Below, in pieces: positions 59,164-64,000 of a stretch of DNA of 64,000 nucleotides (positions within the stretch are counted from its first letter, which is position 1; each line of letters starts with the position of its first letter). Where the stretch lies: positions 831,630-895,629 of the forward strand of contig NW_003314276.1 of assembly GCF_000143415.4 (NCBI RefSeq), in the 5' to 3' direction. Source of the stretch: Selaginella moellendorffii (lineage: Eukaryota > Plantae > Lycopodiophyta). The notes beneath the pieces were generated by a model, which searched no databases, was not told the origin of the DNA, and saw nothing but the letters and a program-made list of their open reading frames with translations. A program made the position numbers and the translations under genes.

Positions 59164-60913
59164 ATGGCAAGGGCAGGGCGTAAGCGAACCCAGGCGGAGA
59201 CAGAACCTCCACCAGAGCTGGAGCCTCCGGTCGAACAAGAGGCTATGGATGAGGAATCCTTGCATGAGGAGGACTCTAGTGAGGAAACTTCCAAACAGGA
59301 GTCCGGTGGCGAGGTTCGGTCGTCCAAGGCTCGATTGGACGTTCTAGAAGGTCAATTGGCGCAGACCAATGCCCTGCTGGAGACTCTCGTACGCAAGCTA
59401 AAGCGTGACGAGAAGCGGAAGAAAAGGCGAAAGACTGCGGATGCTGGCAGCGCAGAAGGTGCGGACCCTTCGGCAGGGACTGAAGCAAAACCAGACAAGG
59501 TCGAACAGACCGAAGTGGAATCAGTCCCTCAGGCAGTTCCCAAGTACAAACCAAAGCCCCCACCGGTGTTCAAGGGAGTGAACGACTATAAGGTTGTGGA
59601 GGATTGGTTTTACGATATGGAGGACTACTTCCGAGCGTTACGGTTACCGAGCTCGGAGAAGGTCCCATGTGCAAAACCATACTTGGCAGATAATGCCAAG
59701 TCTTGGTGGAGAACAACGGAGGCCAACGAAGGACCGGTGGCCACCTGGGACATGATGAAGGCGAGGATCCGCGCGACATACGTTCCTCCGAATGCCACTC
59801 TGCATCTGAGAGATGAGCTGAGTAGGCTGAAGCAGACTGGAACCATCCAGGAATATGTGAATGGGTTCATGGCAAAGAGGATACTTGTCACGGACATGGG
59901 GGATATGGATGCGTTCCATGCCTTTATATCAGGTTTGCAAACCTGGGCTCGCGGTGAGGTGATGCGTTAGAACCCGACCAACTACAAGGAAGCGTTGGAT
60001 GCGGCCATCAAGGTGCATTTCAACGATAACCTGCGAAAGGGGAACACGACGGGGTCGGGATCCACGTTTCACAAAGGGGCCAAACCGAGGGGAACATATA
60101 GCAGGGGGAAATTCAAGAAGAGTTTCTCTAAGAATGAGTCCTCGGGATTTCGGAAAGGCAAATCCGGTGGCCAGCGAGCAAGTACGTGGGGGAGTCAAGC
60201 GAAAAGAGACAAACCCACGGATAAGAAGGTCAAGTCATATAGCAGCGTGGGAAACAACGTATGCTATAACTGCGGTGAAGCGGGACACTTTTCGAGGGAA
60301 TGTCCCTACCCGAAGAAGGCCAGAGCTAATATGGCCATCAAGTCGGGCGAAGTCCAAAATGAGGTATGTCATCCAGTCCCTAACTCAAAGTTACTCATTA
60401 CACGAGCAACTTTGGTAGAGAGTCGTTCGTGACATCTACTAGCCCTCCGAGGGAAGCTCGGAGGTAGCTTTGTTAAGATCCTTATTGACACGGGTGCTTC
60501 GGATAATTTTGTGGCTGCAGACATAGTCCGGCAAGCCGGACTAACGGTGCAGTGGCTAGGCGAACCAAGGACTATAGAGTTTGTTCAAGGTAGCCAAAGC
60601 ACCGATGAGGTACTTCGACAAGCGAAAGTCGAAGTAGGGACATGGAAGGTAGACATGGATTTCACCGTGTTGGACATGGCGGGATTTGACATGATCTTCG
60701 GAATGGATTGGTTCAATCGGTTCGTGGTAGCCCTACATGGACAAGGTAGGAACCTTGTGGTACTGGCGAATGCCCAAGGAAGAAGATCTAGGGTGGAAGC
60801 CCAGGATCTAAAGGTAGGGCAAAGCAAGGCCAAAGAATCCTGCTTAAACCTGGTGTCCACGAGAGGACAACTCACTAAAGGAACTAAGGCAGCCTTTTTG
60901 TGCTTACTCTCGG
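59164..60913 (+). pseudogene. gag-protease part of a single gag-pol frame with two premature stops
   Basis: Gag LKQTGTIQEYV; zinc knuckle CYNCGEAGHFSREC; protease LIDTGASDNFV. In-frame TAG (59968) and TGA (60430), with the same frame continuing after each. Confidence 0.9.
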
Positions 60914-62058
60914 TGTCGCGCATGTGACTTCGGGTATCGAAAGTTACCTGTCGGCTAGTCCTTACGGACACTCTTACCTTACTGCCACGATGGCAGGAGG
61001 TCGGTATTGCTGGACCCGTTATTAGTCTCCACCTAAGCTAGTTGAGAAACTGGTCCTCGCGTGTGCACTTGACCAGATGGGCATAAGGACGGAATTCCTA
61101 AGTGCTATTAGTCAAGCATACTTGACCTGGTTAGAGAAACTCATTCGTTGACTTGCACTTGCTAGTGTTGGGAACCCCTGCAATATTGAGCTTGGTCCCT
61201 CAATATTCGCTAGATGATAGCTTACCGTGTCTGCCAAACACCCTCGCTATCATGCCCTTTGTGTTAGTCTCATTTTGGTCCCAAATGCTATTTATGGAAA
61301 GTGTCCAGATTTGCTCATTTGGCATATCTACGGAATGTAGAGATCGTCCTGAACACAATGGTGTTCGTCCCATGTCCAAATTCGCAATCTAGGGACATTC
61401 CATATTTAGTAAGTTTCGAGCTTGTCCCAGAGACTAACTCCTAATACTAAGGGAGGCTTGGGGTGAAAGCCCAAAGCGTGTGTTCCTCAAGGGGGGGGGG
61501 GCTATGGGGGGTTCCAAATGTATAGTAGGGATAGTGGGTAGGTCGGGCATGGCCGACCAACCTGAGGCATAGTCTAGCTCCCGCTTGCGTGCCTGTCCTT
61601 GTTCTGCGTCCGGCTTGGGTCTAAGCCCAAGTTCCATTCCATGCTAGTTGGTGGAGTACCCATATCCTCACGTTAGGCCACCGGTATGCCAAAATAGCGC
61701 CAAACTCCGTTTGGCTCCGTTTTGCGTGTTGGTCCTAGCATTGGTATGCTGGTTGCTCCAGGACTGTTCCAAGTTGCTCCGGGCTCCTGTCCCTTCGCTC
61801 CTTGGGCTATATGCTCGGGAGTTGCTCCGTGGTCTGGTTTCATCACTCCTTGGCGTCACGCTTGGGAGTTTGGCACCGTTCCTTCGTTCAGTGGCCCAAG
61901 GCCCTGAACCTCGGGTTCCTATGGACACGTGGCACGGACACGTGGTATGTGACACATGGCATCTGTCACGTGGCACAAAGAGGGTTTAGGTTCCGCTTCG
62001 TGGTGTTATCCTATGGTAAATCACCATAGGATAAAGGGTCAAAACCACGTGCGCTACA
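60914..62058 (+). mobile_element. Solo LTR (family C) inserted between protease and RT
   Basis: TGTCGCG...CTACA; homologous to 54999-56128. Excision restores ...CLLSVKSDKK... in the pol frame. Only GG/GGTG is duplicated, so there is no clean 5-bp TSD. Confidence 0.88.
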
Positions 62059-62059
62059 G

Positions 62060-64000
62060 GTGAAGAGTGACAAAAAGACAAGAACGGAAGAAGTGCCTTT
62101 AGTGATCCAGCGGGTGTTGGACCAATTCCAGGATACCATGCCGGAGGAGCTACCGGCGGGGCTGCCCCCAGCACGACCAATAGAACATAAGATTGAGCTA
62201 GTCGAGGGTGCTGAGGCAGTGGTTCGTCCCCCTTATCGTTTGAACGAAAAAGAACTCAAGGAGCTCAAGTGCCAACTAGAGGAGTTGGTGGACAAAGGGT
62301 ATGTTAGGTTGAGCAAGTCGCCGTATGGGGCGCCGGTGTTATTTGTGAAAAAGAAAGATGGATCTATGCGCATGTGCATAGACTACCGCTTGCTCAACAA
62401 GTATACAAAGAAGAACAAGTACCCTTTGCCAAGGATTGAGGACCTGTTCGATAGGTTGGGAAAGGCAAAATACTTCTCGAGGATTGACCTAAGGTCAGGA
62501 TACTACCAGATCAGGGTAGCCGAGGAAGATGTCGAGAAGACAACCTGTCGAATGAGGTATGGGAGCTTTGAGTTTCTGGTGATGCCCTTCGGGCTATGTA
62601 ATGCGCCGGCAACGTTTTCGGCGCTAATGAACCACGTCTTTGTACCCTATCTGGATCACTTCGTGGTCGTCTATATCGACGACATCCTGATCTATAGCGA
62701 GACGCTAGAAGAGCATGCCGAACACTTGGCGAAGGTGTTTGAGAAACTAAGGGAACACAAGCTGTATGCTAAAGAGAGCAAATGTGACTTTGCTCAACAA
62801 GAGGTAAAGTTTCTCGGGCATGTGGTGGGCCAGGATGGGCTCAAGGTGGACCCGGAGAAGGTCCAAGCGATCCAGGAATGGGAGCGACCATCGAATGTAC
62901 ATGAGTTGAGGGCGTTCCTGGGGCTATGCAACTACTATCGAAAGTTTATCAGACACTATTCGAGAGTAGCCCTGCCCTTAACGGACCAAACAGGAAAAGG
63001 GAAGATGGTATGGACAGCAGAATGCGAGGCGGCATTCGTCCACCTCAAAGGGAAGTTGAGGAAGGCTCCCGTATTGGCATTGCCAGACTTTGGTAAGGAC
63101 TTTGAGGTAGAAACGGATGCTTCGGACTTTGCGTTGGGCGCAGTTCTGAAGCAAGACAACCATCCGGTAGCGTTCTTCTCGAAGAAGCTGGACAAGGCTC
63201 AACGGAAGTGGCCTGCGCATGAGAAGGAATTGTTTGCGGTGGTCAAGGCACTCAAGGAGTGGCGACACTACCTTGGGAGACACTTCAAGGTTTACACGGA
63301 CAATGTGGCAACGAAACACTTCTTGTCACAGCCCGACCTAAGAGGGAAACAAGGTCGGTGGGCCAATGCCTTGGCCGAGTTTGATTGCGAAATTCTGTAC
63401 AAGCCTGGGAAGAGCAACATCGTGGCGGATGCGCTAAGTCGAAAAGCGAGCTTGAAGTTGGCAATATCCAGCGCAACAGCAACCTTCTGGGACGATGTGC
63501 GGACAGCATATGAGAACGATGGTCTAGCACAGGAAGTGTTGCTGAGGAATCTAGAGGCGCGGGAAGCTCACCAGAGAGGTGAGCTGCCAACGGAAGAGAA
63601 AACGGGCTATGCGGAACGCAACGGACTCATTTATTACAAGCAAACGAGGGTGTATGTTCCAGAAGGGGAACTAAGGAAGGTGGCCTTAGAAGAGTGTCAT
63701 GACGGACCTCTTGCGGGACACGGCGGAGTGCCCAAGACGATGGGCTTACTCAAGAGGAAGTACCATTGGCCAGATATGGCTAAGGACGTCCAAGACTATG
63801 TAAAGACATGTCCAACATGTCAGCAGGTCAAAGCCGTGACTAAGGCTAGTGGGGGCTTGTTGCAAAGCATCCCAATTCCAGATCGCCCATGGAAATGTCT
63901 TACGATGGACTTCATCACGGGGCTACCCCCAAGCGAGGGGTTCGATGCGATATTCGTGGTGGTGGACCGATTTTCAAAGATGGCACATTTCATACCCACC
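62060..64000 (+). CDS. pol: pol (RT, RNase H, integrase N-part); open to the window end, so absent from the ORF track
   Basis: [13 protein letters not shown]; MCIDYRLLN; [10 protein letters not shown]; YIDDILIYS; [12 protein letters not shown]; HHCC ECHD...GH...CPTC; MDFITGLP. Confidence 0.92.
   Translation, partial: MKSDKKTRTEEVPLVIQRVLDQFQDTMPEELPAGLPPARPIEHKIELVEGAEAVVRPPYRLNEKELKELKCQLEELVDKGYVRLSKSPYGAPVLFVKKKDGSMRMCIDYRLLNKYTKKNKYPLPRIEDLFDRLGKAKYFSRIDLRSGYYQIRVAEEDVEKTTCRMRYGSFEFLVMPFGLCNAPATFSALMNHVFVPYLDHFVVVYIDDILIYSETLEEHAEHLAKVFEKLREHKLYAKESKCDFAQQEVKFLGHVVGQDGLKVDPEKVQAIQEWERPSNVHELRAFLGLCNYYRKFIRHYSRVALPLTDQTGKGKMVWTAECEAAFVHLKGKLRKAPVLALPDFGKDFEVETDASDFALGAVLKQDNHPVAFFSKKLDKAQRKWPAHEKELFAVVKALKEWRHYLGRHFKVYTDNVATKHFLSQPDLRGKQGRWANALAEFDCEILYKPGKSNIVADALSRKASLKLAISSATATFWDDVRTAYENDGLAQEVLLRNLEAREAHQRGELPTEEKTGYAERNGLIYYKQTRVYVPEGELRKVALEECHDGPLAGHGGVPKTMGLLKRKYHWPDMAKDVQDYVKTCPTCQQVKAVTKASGGLLQSIPIPDRPWKCLTMDFITGLPPSEGFDAIFVVVDRFSKMAHFIPT

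Larger units (their letters stand above)
57956..64000 (+). mobile_element. Ty3/gypsy LTR retrotransposon (family B), 5' LTR 57956-59104, continues past the window end
   Basis: TGTAAG...CTTACA LTR; PBS TGGTATCGGAGCC at 59108; domain order gag-PR-RT-RH-INT. Confidence 0.95.

Noticed and set aside
59968-60432. Programmed stop-codon readthrough between gag and pol
   Set aside because: There are two stops, one in mid-gag before the zinc knuckle; both fit C>T decay, and pol is also broken by a solo LTR.

Overview
Eukaryotic plant genomic DNA. Tightly packed genes, mostly ~50-70 nt introns, PLS-type PPRs and a polyphenol oxidase suggest a lycophyte such as Selaginella (inference). Four zones: (1) 1-22.4 kb is a nested retrotransposon field. 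It holds old Ty3/gypsy remnants, a 5S-rRNA-carrying Cassandra-type TRIM split by a solo LTR, and a non-coding LARD-like element across an N gap. It also holds one intact, AT-rich, intronless gene for a secreted protein with an unknown N-terminal domain and a C-terminal bulb-type lectin. (2) 22.6-41.2 kb is a dense gene island: BET1, AP-4 epsilon, ECHIDNA/TVP23, plastid RNase E/G, OEP21, VTI1, a TPX2-domain protein, an O-fucosyltransferase, small hypothetical genes and an intronless GDSL lipase. (3) 42-46 kb is AT-rich decayed TE DNA, followed by KIAA0930-like, proteasome PBA1 and PPR genes. (4) From 51.5 kb, a polyphenol oxidase is interrupted at its CuA site by a young Pack-MULE-like element (96-bp perfect TIRs, 9-bp TSD) carrying an LRR-receptor fragment. 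It is followed by a hAT transposase relic, solo LTRs and a gypsy element that runs off the window. All calls come from reading the sequence by eye; no searches were run.
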